From NCBI RefSeq assembly GCF_009914755.1, contig NC_060928.1: 64,000 bases of DNA; one strand, 5' to 3'. The notes beneath the pieces are model-generated. The model did no database searches. It worked only from the letters and a program-made list of their open reading frames with translations, and had not been told where the DNA came from. The number at the start of each line of letters is the position of its first letter. Within the stretch, counting starts at the first letter, position 1. Made by a program: the position numbers and the translations under genes. Positions 45,299 to 63,369 of the stretch are shown piece by piece. Source of the stretch: the human T2T-CHM13v2.0 reference genome, Homo sapiens.

Positions 45299-45849
45299 GG
45301 TAAAACACATAACTTTTTTTTTCAGTACCTGATACTCACATATGTGTTTTCCTTTCTTCACAAAAATATCATTGAGTATACCATTACCATTAAAATCTGT
45401 GATTCTCTAATACTGTAATATTAACTTATTTCATAAAATATTGTGATATGGCTCAGACCATTGAAGTTATTTTTGGTTGGGAGAGTATCGATAAGAAATG
45501 GCAAGTCTCTTTTAAGAATTATTTGCTTTAAGTTAAAAAGTCAGGTATATATAGATATACCTTTAAAATCAAGTCCCATGACCAATGATGAAAGAATGCA
45601 CTCCATTTTCATTAAGGATTTAAAGATGCCCTACTACGTACCCATGTAGATTCCTGGTCATATGAAAGAATACTCAAGAATAATTATTGATTGAAAATCC
45701 AACATTCTATAAGAAGAGAAGGAAGAATAAAACAAACATAAAACTGGTCCATGTTATTAAATGTATCAATGGTTTTCATTTTCTACAGCATAAAGTATGA
45801 ATTCATTGGCACGGTACTAAAGTCTTTGTCTACCGCCCAACTCTCAAGT

Positions 45850-46515
45850 CTTTTTCTTTCCTTCAACCAATATATTTTAAACAATTATTTACCAAGTATC
45901 CATTGTGTGTTTGGCCCTTTGGTAGGTGCTAGAAATACAAAAGGAGAGAGAGAGAATTCCTGACAGCGCAAAGTTTAGACATTGGCAGGAGATACCGATA
46001 TTTAAATAAACGAGTAGTTATATACCATAGAGTTGGGTCAAGAGCTATGAAGGCTATTATAGGATTGCAAGAAAGGCATATAATCTAAGGAGTACAAAAA
46101 TTGTCTCTACAAAAGCGCCATTTAAGCTAAGACCTAAAGAACAAAAAATTGTCCAGTCAAAATTATAGGTGAATGAAGAGGTGTGGCAGTACATGTGAAG
46201 GCCCTGAGAGGAAAGGGGACTGGCACATTAGAGGAAAAGGGAAAAAACGTCACGATACAGAAAGTGGCTGCAAACGAGGCTACAGAGGTAGATGGGGCGC
46301 CAGATCAGAGAAGTCTTGTAAGTCAATATAGGACCTTACCCTGAGAACAACGGAAAAACCATTGAAATATTTGAGGCAGTTGTGTGAAATATTCGTATGC
46401 TTTTCAAAAATTATTCTGGCTGTTTATATGGGGAAAAAACTGACAGAAACAGGAATAAAAGCCAGGCTATTATTATAAGAAGGCTATTGCAATGGCTTAG
46501 GCTAGAAAAGATGGT
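45850..46515 (-). mobile_element. LINE-2
   Basis: ttcaaccaatatatt...taggtgctagaaataca...aggccctgag...ataagaaggctattgcaatgg. Confidence 0.75.
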
Positions 46516-46610
46516 AGAAAAGAAGGAAAGGAGCAAGAAAGAGAAGGAGAGAGAGAGGAAGAGAGGAAAGGAGGAAGAAAAGAGAAAGAAAAGAAAAAAG
46601 AAAAGGAAGA
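46515..46610. repeat. GA-rich low complexity
   Basis: Nearly purine-only tract. Confidence 0.85.
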
Positions 46611-47037
46611 TAACCTTTTAACAGTTTCAAGTCAAATGACAATTAAGAAAAAATATTTTACACTCATACCAGGCAAAGAGCTAATTCCAATAATATATAA
46701 AGAACTTCTATACATCAATAAGACTAACAAATCAATTTTTAAAATGGGAACAAATAAACAGTTTAATAAAAAGGATATATAAACGTTATAAACATGAAAA
46801 GATATTCATGACAAGAGAATTAAACATTAAAATGACTGATATTTTTCACTTAAAATATTGACAACATTGAGGGTCCAAGTGAATGCCAGTTTGGCAGTTT
46901 AGACAAGTGTCATCTGACAAAACAGAATTTCTACAAAATATTTTATATTATATTCATGGAAATTCACATTGTATTCTCCCATAAAATACATACAAAATCC
47001 TAAATATAGAAATAGTATTTAATTTGGCTTAACCCAG

Positions 47038-48076
<1,039 letters not shown>

Positions 48077-48079
48077 AAT

Positions 48080-48980
48080 TGGGTCTTCAGAAAACAGACT
48101 CTAAGATGGAGATTTCCATGCAGGAACTTCATTAGGGAGTGGCCTAAGGGCTGGATCCAATGATAGGACTTGTTACAGAACTGCACTCACTACTTGTAGT
48201 GGGAATGAGAGGAGCCCAAAACAACAAAGCCAGGTGGTGGCAATCAATCCTCAGTGGCAAGATAGGCACAGTTACCATAATGGGCAACAAGGGCAGATGG
48301 CTTGACTCACAGGGATCAATGGAGATGGCAAACAAAGCATAAAGTTCTTCTGGGAAAGAGAAATAGGCAGCCAACAAGAATAATCCTTAATTTGCATAAC
48401 CAAAGGCCATCTAGCCAGCTCATACCTGTGGGAGGGAGGAAGTAGAACAAAGGGTAAAAGCTGAAGATAATGAGTACTAATTATGGTCTCAGGATCAACT
48501 GTAGCAACAGGGGCTGTAGTTTGTCCCACTAACCCTCCTCTTGTAGATTTTTCCAGAAATTGTAACCAGCCAGAATTCTGGAGAAACCACACTTGTACAG
48601 AGGGAGGTTAATATGAGAAGCAAGTGGATTTCAGCAGTGCAAGGAGCAAGCTGCATCAGGCACTGTTGATGCCCCCTACCTACATCCCTTTACTCCATTG
48701 ATGCCCACATTTGCCCCCTTTCTTTTGGTAATTGCCCTTGGACAACAGGAGCTGCCTCCCCAACCCCCATGCTGCAGGCCCCACTCTGAGGTTTTAGGCC
48801 CTCCAGGACCCCCAGCTGGAGCCAACCTGCAGCTAATACCAAAATACAAAAGGTTGGACTCCTTTCCTGAAGGCATGATCAACTTTTTGGTGCAATTAAT
48901 ACTCTAGAACTCCCTGTGGAATTATCCTGAAACTAGATTTCAACTGAGATCACATTCTTGCTTAACTTTTTTCCTCCCTC
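48080..48980. mobile_element. Old ERVL remnant: internal fragments plus LTR16/LTR33-like pieces
   Basis: cagaaaacagactctaagatggag; aggtggtggcaatc...cagttaccataatgggcaac...ggcagccaacaag; tagaactccctgtgg. Confidence 0.5.
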
Positions 48981-49024
48981 CTATGTGTGGTCCAGGATCA
49001 AAATATTATCACAGTCTGGGCCTT

Positions 49025-49180
49025 CTTCTTTTTTTTTTTTTTTTTTTTTTTGTCTTATAGAGATGGAGTCTCACCATGTTGCCCAGGCTGGTCTCAAACT
49101 CCTGGGCTCAAGTGATCCTCCCACCTCAGCCTCCCAAGCTGCTGGGAATACAGGCATGAACTATCGCACCCAGCCTAGGC
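49025..49180 (-). mobile_element. FLAM/Alu left monomer
   Basis: tagagatggagtctcaccatgttgcccaggctggtctcaaactcctgggctcaag, with poly-T. Confidence 0.88.
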
Positions 49181-49579
49181 CTTCTTTAAAAACTGCTGGA
49201 CCACGACTAGGCCGAGCTGTGCCCAGTCCAAGGCTCTAGTTCAAGGGAGCATTGAAGGAGGAAGGTTGACCCTTCAAGTCATCTAAATTAGTGTTTTTCA
49301 GCTGAACCTCATGACACATGAATGAGCCATGAAATCAATTTAGGGAGCTACCACTCCCATTTCTTAAACAAAATGTAACAAATTACAATAGAATAGAAAC
49401 TCTCCACACGTATCACATGGAGAAAAGCGTTTTTTCCATTGAAACTTTATTTCCACTATATATATGCAAGTTGATGTGTATGTATGTGACTCAGAATATA
49501 GAGTCATGATGTAAAATATATATTTGACATTGAGTTGTAGTCAATAAACTTTAACGCCATGAATCTAAACAGAAAAGAA

Positions 49580-51050
<1,471 letters not shown>

Positions 51051-51989
51051 GAAAATATGTGATGCCATCAGAGCACCCACAGGCCATGACTAGAGCTCAA
51101 ATATTTAATAATGCAGCCCCATTAGCTCCTGTCAACCAGCAAAGGCTACCTTCTGATTAGTCACTTTTGCTCTGGCTGTTAGGTCAGCTATAGACTCAAT
51201 GCTCACTGAATTAATCCTCTAAAACCCAATTTCTGGAGTGCAGTTTTGATAATTATAGGCTTACTTAGTTAATAGTATTTATTTGGCTGTAATCTTACTT
51301 ATTGAGCTGAGCCAAATTCAGCTAATATTAGAAACAAAACCTTCCAGGACTAACAATAGCCAGTGCAACTTTGTCTAAAAATCATTGTGTATATTAAATC
51401 ATATCAAAGTCAATATCTAACCACAAACTTACTGATTAATTTATACCAAACATTTGCCCAAAAAAAGGTAATCATATTTTGTTAAAAATTCCTATACAGA
51501 AGCTGAAATCAACTTCTTTTTTTCTTTACCTTTCAAGATGAAATAACTTCAGAGAAAACTTTGAGGAAAGTCCTATTCAAGCAGGGAACTTGGAGAGTTC
51601 ATAACCCCTCTTCCCTGGAGTTTATACTTCTGGCAACCTCAGTCACTTTGAGCAACACTAGACCCTGAATATAAGTGTAAAGGGCTCTGAGTAACTCCTG
51701 GGTGGCCAAAATGAAACTCACAAAGTCTGAGCACTAAAATCCTTTTAGTTTTATTACAATCATTTTTAGTCATTTTATGTTTTTATTGATTTTCCAATCG
51801 TAGCACATTTGAGGCAGAAAATTACTAAAATAAGTTACAGTTAGAAGCAAGCATAATGATAGCAAAAGAAATTGTAGCTAACAACCCAGTGAGTTAAGAG
51901 ATAGGAAAACTATCAAAACTTTGACAAGACAGCAAACACATGGCAATCGATGGTCATTTAGTATAGGCACCAATGTAGCCTTTTTTTGA

Positions 51990-53072
<1,083 letters not shown>

Positions 53073-53074
53073 GT

Positions 53075-53740
53075 ATGAATGATGAGGTTGCAGAGGAAAT
53101 TGAATTCTTATACACAGCTGCTGAAAGTATAACCACTTTGAAAAGTTGTTATCATATCTTTTTATGCTGATCATATGCATAACCTATAATCTCACAATTC
53201 TACTCCTAGTGATATACCAAATAGGAATAAATACATACATGTACCAGAAGACATGTTCAAATATGCTCATAACAGCATTAACTGTACAGCACAAAACTGG
53301 GGGAAAAGACATAATTGCCCCTCAAAAGTAAAATGCATAAATAAACTGTACTATGCTCACTCAATGGAATATTCTATAACAATAAAAAAGGAAGAAAGTG
53401 CTGCTATACACACTATCATGATTTAATCTCATAAACATGTTGTTCAAAAGTCAAACAAAAATGAAAGTATATGCTGAATGATGCCACTTATATAAAGTTC
53501 AGAAGTAAGCAAAACAGATCTATAATGCTAGGAATTCAGGGCATTGGTTACCTTCAAGAGGGAATTAGTCACTGATAGAGGGCATAAATGGGGGAGGAGG
53601 GATTATGAATTACTACTAATATTCTAATTCTTGATCTGGGTGGCAATTTCGCTTACTGAAAATTTATACAGCCATGTGCTTACATTTAGTATGTCTTTCT
53701 TTATTGTATGTTATACTTAAATAAATATGCTTATAAAAGA
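53075..53740 (+). mobile_element. Old L1M (ME/MC-like) 3' end
   Basis: gaattcttatacacagctgctg...caattctactcctag...ctaattcttgatctgggtgg...atacttaaataaa. Confidence 0.75.
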
Positions 53741-53823
53741 GATCATTGGGTAAAAGTAATTAAAAATATGATCATGCATTTTATCTTTATGATGATCATA
53801 TTATAAAGTGTAAAATTGGAGGT

Positions 53824-54510
<687 letters not shown>

Positions 54511-54549
54511 TTTCAGCATGATATTTTCTTTTTCCTGTTAAAAATAGAT

Positions 54550-55325
54550 TTTTATTTTTATTTTCATTTTTAAAAATTTTTATTTGCCTTTTTAATTTAC
54601 CTATGGTAAAATTAGCACTTTTTGATGTACAGGTCTATGAGTTTTGAAAAATGCATATAGTCATATAGCTGCAACCACAATTAAGATATTTATCAGTTCT
54701 CTTACCCTAAAAGTTTCCTCATGGTGCACCTTTAAAGTCAGCCTCTCACCCCATCTCCAGCCTCTGGCAAACATTAATCTCTTTTCTATTCCTATAATTT
54801 TCCCTTTTCTAAAATATAAATTAAATCATATATTATGTAGCCTGTTCAGTATTAATGCATTAGATATTCATTCATATTCTTATGTGCATCAATAAGTTCA
54901 TTCCTTTTTATTGCTGAGTAGCCTTCCACTTTATGGATGTACCACCACTTTTTTATCCATTCATCAGATGAGAACATTTGGGTTGTTTCCAATTTGGGGC
55001 AATTGTGAAAAAGCCACTACAAATATTTGCATATATGTTCTTATGTAGACAGACGTTTTCCTTTCTCTTGGATAAATACCTAAAGGTAGAATTGCTGGGT
55101 TATATTGTAAGTGTATGTTTAATGTTAAAGAAACTGTCAGACGGTTTTTGAAAGTGTCTGTAGTATTTTTTATTCCTACCAGCAACGTGTGAGAGTTCTA
55201 GTTGTTACATATTCTTATTATTACTTGGTATAGTCAGGTTTGTTTGTTTCTTGTTTTTTGTTTTAGCCAATCCAATAGGTGTCTAGTACTAACTCATTTC
55301 TTCTTTGGTAAAGTATCTGTCCAAA
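54550..55325 (-). mobile_element. Old L1M (MB/MC-like) 3' end
   Basis: gtacaggtctatgagttttga...ttcattcctttttattgctgagtag...ttctcttggataaatacctaa. Confidence 0.85.
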
Positions 55326-55828
55326 TATAACTAAGTATTATATATTTTAATCCAAGAAAAAAAATCAGCCTTCTAGCCCCAAAATTTCTGTTCAAACATT
55401 TCCTGAGTTTTAGGTGATTGTTTTTATATGAGAAGAAATATAAAAACATTTAAGGGAAATCCTCTCATCTCTCCTCAAAATGTAAAGCTGAGTGGGAATA
55501 CAAATTTTTCTTCTGAAATAGTTTTGCAAAAATAAATATTTCAAGATATTTAATCACCAAAACAGCACAGGCACTAAACAACCAGAGTAGACACAAGATA
55601 TAGACTATATGTGTCTCTAGGATATACTAGCTGAATATTTGCCCTGGCTGACAAAACATATCAAAATTCTCAAAAATGGGCATGTTCTTTGAACTACAAA
55701 TTCCATATTTAATAATGTATTATAAGGAACTAATTAAGGAACATAGAGCTATATATATTTATACACATATACATGCCAACACACACAAGTACATTCAGTG
55801 TTGTTTGTGATATAAGAATGCTGAACAT

Positions 55829-56114
55829 GGCCAGGTGCCCTCATGCCTGTAATCCCAGCACTTTGGGAGGATGAGGCAGGAATATCTTTTGAACCTAGGA
55901 GTTCAAGATCAGCCTGGGCAAGTGAGATCCTGTCTCTACAAAAAATAAAAAAATTAGCCAGGCATGGTGGCACATGCCTGTAGTCTCAGCTACTTAGGAG
56001 GCTGAGGTGGGAGATTGTTTGAGCCCAGAAGGTTGAGGCTGTAGTGAGCTGATCACACCACTGCACTCAAGCCTGGGTGACAGAGCGAGATCCTGTCTCA
56101 AAAAAAAAAAAAAA
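55829..56114 (+). mobile_element. AluJ
   Basis: ggttgaggctgtagtgagct; A-tail. Confidence 0.92.
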
Positions 56115-58334
56115 GGAATGTAACTGTCCAATATGAAATTATTGAAATAAAATATAATAGAATATGTCCATACAGTGGCATATGTCATTTAAAATGATGT
56201 TTCTGGTATGAGTCCACTGATATTTTAAAAAGTATTCATGATAAATCATTAAGAGAAAAAGGCAGACCACAAAAGGTATTACATGTTCCTCCTTAACTAC
56301 ATGTGTGCATATGAGTGGGTGTTCGGAAATATTTACACAGAGTAACAAATATAATAATTGATGTTTTTCTCTCTGTATTTTCTGATTTTCTGAAACAAGT
56401 ATTGCTTTAGTAATGGGGAAGGAGGAGGAATACAAGCAAAGCATTACAGAGAAATAAAAGCATCATAATTAATTATTAATAGTGATGGATGAATCATCAA
56501 GAAAAACTTAAAATGTGTTTGGTGTAGATTAAAGATTTCAGATTCATATAAAATATTAAACTATTATATTTAATTGATTAGGTTTCATTTGTATAGAGAA
56601 AACCTCATTCCTCAGCATTGCCAGATATAGGAAATGGGATGTATTTTCATGTGCATGTTTGCATGTATATAATGTGTGTGTGACTGTCTTGTTTCTACAA
56701 AGTAAACCTGGGAGTAGCTAGGCATTTTCACTTAGTCATAGAGAATTTTTTACCTAGAGGGCAATGTTCTGATTCATCCCAAAGCCTGCCCCAGAATTGC
56801 TAAAATACCCTTATTCGTATTCTGCTGCAAGCATTGAGTTCACAGAGTAACTCACGCTTCAACAGTTTCTCTCAGTTTAGGTTCAAAGAGACCTACTTTT
56901 GCATTGCGTAGTTACAGAAACCATATGAACCTTTTAGCCACAAAGCACATGTTCCAGGGACATGCTATTTCACAATAGAAATTTCAGGCTTCAAACTATG
57001 GCTTTAAAATAGTTCATATGACTGTGTAGAATTCTTTTTGCTTAAAGCTAGAAACAAGCATTTTCCTAAACATAAGGTATTTTCCAAGTCATTCAAAAGC
57101 ACTGTACTTTTCAAAGCAATTTCAAGCAAGGTCACAGCAACCTGACATGCCATGAAGACTCTAGTGATTTAAAAAACATGGACTAGGCTGTCAATCAGAG
57201 CAGAAACCCCATCCACACTAGGGACAGAGGAGAAACTTGATGGACAAGCATCTGTCTACTCCAGGGGCATCCAGGCTCCCCCTATTGTCCCCATGGAAGC
57301 CTCTCCTGCTGCTTCCTGGTATTTTGTTAATGAATAGAAACAGTAGTAAATTCCACTAGCATTTTGAAAAGATGTTTATTTCAATCCAGGGTCACAAAAG
57401 GGGCTGGGGGGTATCTTTTTGTGAGTTATTAAAGTATGTAGACAAAGATCAAAAAGGCTTAGCAAAAATTCGTACATTCCCTGGGAAATCCCGATGGAAA
57501 CTAAATTAGCCTCTGACTCCTCCAGAACACATACAACTAATGCTTCATTTTTTCATTTTCTCTTGATCATCTGATCACCAAAAGCAGATGTATTCATGGC
57601 ATTTTTCAAATAAAATGACAGCTAGAGTAAAGAATGCGAATAGATTTATGTGGTCTACTTTGAGTTGAATATGGTAGAACTTGTGACAATAATAATCCAT
57701 ATAATGTTATTTTTCAAAGTCTTTCAAATTATTTCAATATTTCAATCTTTTTTCATAGTAATTTTATTTACATTCTTATTACAAAATTTTCAAAAATATA
57801 TTAGTTAATTTTATCCTAATGGCAACTATGAGATAAATATTATTGTCCCTATGTGAAAGCAAAGAAAACTATAAGCACTTGGAGGTTAATTAGCTTTCCT
57901 AAGGTCACACATACTCACCAGGTATTAGTACTTTGTTGTATCTGCTTTAAATATTTGCTTCTTTTTAGAAATAAAATATTACTCACATAGTGGGTGTCTC
58001 TGTTTTATTCCTCACTTATTTAATTCCTCCCTACATCCACAGAAGAAGAAATCACTATCCTAAGATGGTATGTACCTTTCTGTTAGATTTTTGTACTTAC
58101 ACATGTATGTATCCATAAACAACATATAGTATTGTTGTGTATCATTCTGTATCTGTTTTTTCCCACTCTGTTTCTGTGATAGAACAATCTTAAATTATTT
58201 AAATCCAGTACATTCCTTTACCTGTGTTACCGTATTCCATGATATGAATATACCATAATTTGATTATTCATTCTCCGAATGATATTTGGGATGTTTCAGA
58301 TTTTTCAATATTTTAATAAAAATAACGCCACTGA

Positions 58335-61300
58335 GCCGAACTCCATTTTCCATCCAGCATGTAAGGAGCTTAGAAGTCAAAAACACCATTCTAACAACAA
58401 GGCAAAGCTAAACAAGCTGAACATCAAACACTTTTATGATCCATCAGAGAAGGGAGGTCACAGAGCAAAGCACTGCCCTGAAGAGACAGACAGGGACACT
58501 GAGAACCACAACTTCCCTGAGCAGAAACCTCTGAGGGAACCAGTGCCCCAGCAGGAAAACCTAAATTAGAATTGAGGAATTGCTGGCAGCTCTGAATAGA
58601 TAAGTTTTTGTGTTGAAAACTCCAAGGAGACTCAGTCTTAGAGGGGATGCCCAAACTTTTGCAATTTTTACCTCCAGGAGCTCTATCAGCTTCTCACAGT
58701 GAAAATGGAAAAAAAAAAAAATTCCCTTGTGTTTCCAGCTGGGAGAGGTGAAAGTAACCATTTTGAAATACACCAAAGCATTCTGCTCTACTTAACAAGG
58801 CCTGCCCTCAGGAGAAACTATTTTACCAGCCCCTAACTTACTAGAGTTTTATCAGAGCCTAACCACCCTGCAGAAGCCAAAATATCCAACTCCCGTCCCC
58901 TCTAGTTTTCCATGTGGAGAAAAGAAAATACCCAACTCCAGCTCCCTCTAGCTATCCTGTCCCACCTAAGATGGGTGCAAGGAGAACCGAGAAGCACTTG
59001 TGAAGTTCACAGACCAAGGGCACAGCCTCGCTGAAAGACGAGACCTAATCACAGGACTATTGAGCCCTTTCCCACCACACACACACACAAACACACACAC
59101 ACGCACAAAACGCATCTTACCACCACATCAGTAAAGGCTTATTTTTAGCAGTTCCTGCTACACAGTACATCATGTCCACCTTTCAGCAAACAGTCCAGGG
59201 CACACTAAAAGGCAGAAAGCACAGTTGGAAGAGACTGAACAAGCATCAGAACAAGACTCATGGCATGAATGTTACAATTGCCAGACCATGAATTTAAAAC
59301 AACTATGACTAACTTGCTAAGGGCACAAACGGAAAAAGTAGACAACATGCAAGAATAGATGCGTAATATAAGCAGAGGGAAGGAAATTATAAGGAAGAAT
59401 CCAAACAAAGTGCTAGAGATCAAAAACACTGAACTAGAAATGAAGAATGTTTTTGGGAAAGAATCTGAGTTTGAGGATATGTCAATAGAAACTGAAAATT
59501 TAAAAAAAAAAAGACTGAAAAATAAAAAACAAAAAACAGAACATCCAAGAACTGCACAACAACTACAAAAGGTGTAATATATGCATAATGAAAATACCAG
59601 AATAAGAAAGCGAGAAAGCAACTGAAGGAATATCTGGAACAATAATGCCTGAAGATTTCCCCAAATTAATGTCAGACACCAAACCACAAATCCAGGAAGC
59701 TCAGAAAATACCAGGCAGAATAAATGCCCCAAAACTACAAAAATCGTATTCAAATGGCAGAAAATCAAAGATAAAGAAAAATTTTGAAAGAAGCCAGAGG
59801 GATTTAATAAATAGTGCTGGCAGAACTGGATAAACATATTCAAAAAATTGAAACTGGACCCCTTCCTTACACATTTTACAAAAATTAACTCAAGATGGAT
59901 TAAAGACTTAAATGTAAAACCCAAAGCTAGAAAAAACATAGAAGAAAATGTAGGCAATGTCATTCAGGACATAAGCAAGGGCAAAGATTTTATGACAAAA
60001 TCACCAAAAGCAAGTGTAACAAAAGCAAAAATTGATAAATGGGTTCTAATTAAACTAAAGAGCTTCTGCACAGCAAAAGAAACTATCATCAGATCAAACA
60101 GGCAACCTACAGAGTGGGATAAATATTTTGCAATCTATCCATTTCTCAAAGGTCTATCCAGAATCTACAGGGGACTTAAACAAATTTACAAGAAAAAAAA
60201 AAAACAACCCTATCAAAAAGTGGGCAAAGGACATGAACAGACACTTCTCAAAAGAAGACATTCATGCGGCCAACAAATATATAAAAAAAGAGCTCAACAT
60301 CATTGATCATTAGAGAAATGCAAATCAAAACCACAATGAGATACCATCTCATGCCAGTCAGAATGGCTACTATTAAAAAGTCAAGAAACAACACATGCTG
60401 GCAAGGCTGTGGAGAAATAGGAATGCTTTTACACTGTTGGTGGGAATGTAAATTAGTTCAACCATTGTGGAAGACAGTGTGGCGATTCCTGAAAGATCTA
60501 GAACCAGAAATATCATTTGACCCAGCAATCTGATTTCTGGGTATATACCCAAAGGAATATAAATCATTCAGTTACAAAGATACATGCACACATATGTTCA
60601 TTGCAGCATTATTCACAATAGCAAAGACATGGAATCAACCCAAATGCCCATCAATGATAAACTGGATAAAGGAAATGTGGCACATATACACCATGGAATA
60701 CTATGTAGCCATAAAAATAAACGAGATCATTTCCTTTGCAGGGACATGAATGGAGCTGGAAGCCATTATCCTCAGCAAACTAATGCAGGAAGAGAAAATG
60801 AAACACCACATGTTCTCACTTATAAGTGTGAGCTAAATAATGAGAACACATGGACACAGGGAGGGGAACAACACATACTGGGGCCTGTCATGGGGAGGGA
60901 GAGTAGCAGGAAAAATAGCTAATGCATGCTGGGCTTCATACCTAGATGATGGATTGATAGGTGCAGCAAACCACCATGGCACACATTTACCTATGTAACA
61001 AACCTGCACATCCTACACGTGTGCCCTGGAACTTAAAATAAGGTTAAAAATAAAAATTTAAATTTACACTGAAAAACAAACAAACAAAAACAGAAAGAAG
61101 CCAGAGGGAAAAAACACTTTACCTATACAGGAGCAAAAATAAGAATTACATCTGACTTCTCAGAAGCCACACAAGCAAGAAAAGACGAGGGTTAAATATT
61201 TAAAGTATGTATGTAGAAGGGGAAAATAAAACTACTAACAGATCCTGTGAAATCCTTCAAAAGTGTAAGAGGCTTTCTCAAACAAAAATTGAGGGAATTT

Positions 61301-61750
61301 GTTGCCAGTAGACCTGCCTTGCAACAAATATTGAAAGAATGTCTTCAGAGAGAAGAAAAATAATATAGGTCAAAAACTCAAATTTACATAAAGAAAGGAA
61401 AGAGATTAGAGAAGGAATAAAGGAACAGGTAAAGGTAAAGAAAAAAATCTTAATTTTTCTTATTCTTAATTGATCTCACAGATAACAGTTTGTTCAAAAT
61501 AATAATAGAAATAATGTATTTGATGATCGATTATAGCTTATGTAGAAGTGAAATGAATGACAGTAAGGCGCTGGAGGGCATAATACAAAGGGCAGAAGGG
61601 AAGAATTAGAAATACTCGATTATTGTTACAAGGTACTTGTATTATCTGTGAAGCAGTATAGCTCACTTTCAAATGTATTTGAAAGTGGATTTGGATTAGC
61701 TGTAAATGGACATTGCATACTCTAGAGTAACTACTAAATAAAGTAAAATC
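58335..61750 (+). mobile_element. Old L1M 5' region (5'UTR plus ORF1), split by an L1PA
   Basis: ORF1-like peptides PEDFPKLMSDTKPQIQEAQKIPGRIN and NKVLEIKNTELEMKN; continues after 61109 with gaattacatctgacttctcag...agacctgccttgcaa. Confidence 0.8.
59803..61092 (+). mobile_element. 5'-truncated L1PA (PA8-PA10-like)
   Basis: [22 protein letters not shown] and [14 protein letters not shown], 3'UTR, A-rich tail; perfect 17-bp TSD gaaagaagccagaggga at 59786-59802 and 61093-61109. Confidence 0.95.
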
Positions 61751-61854
61751 GTGGTAGCAATGTCCATTTCATAGATGCCATAGGTATCAGTTGCCAAGCA
61801 TTAAAAATTCTAAGATAAAATAGTTGAGAATTACATTACCTAACACATTCAAGA

Positions 61855-61990
61855 ATTTATTTATTTATTTTTTGAGAGAGTCTCACCATGTTGCTCTGGC
61901 TGGTTGAAAACTCCTGGCCTCAAGCAATCCTCCTGCCTTGGCCTCCCAAAGCTCTAGCATTACAGGCATTAGCTGACACACATAGCCCCA
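61855..61990 (-). mobile_element. FLAM/Alu monomer
   Basis: gtctcaccatgttgctctggctgg...ctcctggcctcaagcaatcctcctgccttggcctcccaaag. Confidence 0.8.
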
Positions 61991-62551
61991 GTAAATATTT
62001 TTATTTTAAAAAAATGCCACTATAAACATTCATGTGCTTGTCTCCCTGAGCACATGTGGATGGAATTATTTAATCACAGGTCTTCAAAGGCATCTCTCTC
62101 TCTGCTAAGCATTATATTTATTCCCCAAAGTGGTTGCGCCAACTTGCACTCCCACCAGCAGTTCTTGATATGATATTTGCTATTACTCTCCATCCTTACT
62201 GATACTTCTGTCAAACTTTTAAATTTAGGGGTGTGAAATGCTGTGTCTCATTTAATTTGCCTCCCCCTAATTACTAATAAGGTTGATCATCTTTTCATGT
62301 GCTTCTCCTGAACTTCTTCTTCTTTGAATTACCTGTTCATATCTTTATTTTTCCCATGTGTTTGTCTTTTTTTATTGATGTTTAAGAGTCCTTCATATAT
62401 TCTAAATAATAATTATTTGTTGGTTCTGTGTGTTACGAATACCTTCTCTCAGTCTTTGGAACTCATCTTTTCACTTATTTATGTTGCATGTTAAACGTTT
62501 GTAACATAAACTGTCCTTATAAGCAGAAGCAAACTACTTGTAAATATATAC

Positions 62552-62923
62552 TGATACGGTTTGACTTTGTATCACCACCCAAATCTTATCTCAAATTGTA
62601 ATCCCCAGGTGTTGAGAGAGGGACCTGGTGGGAGGTAATTGGATCATGGGGGCAGTTTTCCCCATGCTGTTCTTGTGATCGTGAGAGAATTCTGAAGAGA
62701 TCTGATGGTTTTTTAAGGGGCTCTTCCCACTTCGCTTTGCTTTCTTCTCTCTCCTGTTGCCTTGTGAAGAAGGTTCTTGCTTCCCCTTCACCTTCCACCA
62801 TGATTGTAAATTTCCTGAGGCCTCTGGAGCCATGGAGAACTGTGCGTCAGTTAAACCTCTTTCCTTTATAAATTACCCAGTCTTGGGTATTTCTTTACAG
62901 CAGTGTGAAAATGGACTAATACA
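62552..62923 (+). mobile_element. THE1D-like solo LTR
   Basis: tgatacggtttg...aaatggactaataca; near-TSD tatac/catac. Confidence 0.92.
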
Positions 62924-63369
62924 CATACTGTATAAACCAGGTTCTTGAAAATACTCTTCCCTGAGTTTACTGGTTTTGTTATTGTTATTTAACTTATTTT
63001 CTTTAATAGAGTATATGTACATGGCACAAAATTCAAAATACACAAAATGATAAACATAAACAGTAAATCTTCCTCCTTCCTCCTTCCAAGCAACTCAGTT
63101 CCTCTCCCACGATACAAACACTGGTGCTTTTTTTTTCTTTTTTGAATCTATGAAGATAAACCATGTATTGTAAACATTTATATATTTTGTTTTTCTACAA
63201 CAATGGTAATATACTACACTATTATATTCCTTGAAGTTTTCTCCTAAAATGTGTATCTTAAAAATACATATATGTGTGTATCTCTAGATTATCTAGATTA
63301 TCAGTATAATACATATAGAGTTAATTCTTTCTTTTTTACACCTACCTAGAATTCCACAAGCATGGGGGA

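Larger units (their letters stand above)
57930..62500 (-). mobile_element. Old L1ME-like 3' element in two parts (about 57930-58330 and 61990-62500), split by later insertions
   Basis: Left part ends tttttcaatattttaataaaaataacgccact; right part resumes aatgccactataaacattcatgtgc...ccaaagtggttg. Confidence 0.6.

Noticed and set aside
46397-46621. Lys/Glu/Arg-rich ORF
   Set aside because: Translation of an L2 fragment plus GA-rich low-complexity sequence
59205-59963. Longest ORF in the track (252 aa, hydrophobic, membrane-protein-like)
   Set aside because: It is the antisense reading of A-rich L1 sequence spanning an L1/L1 junction; the F/L richness is compositional
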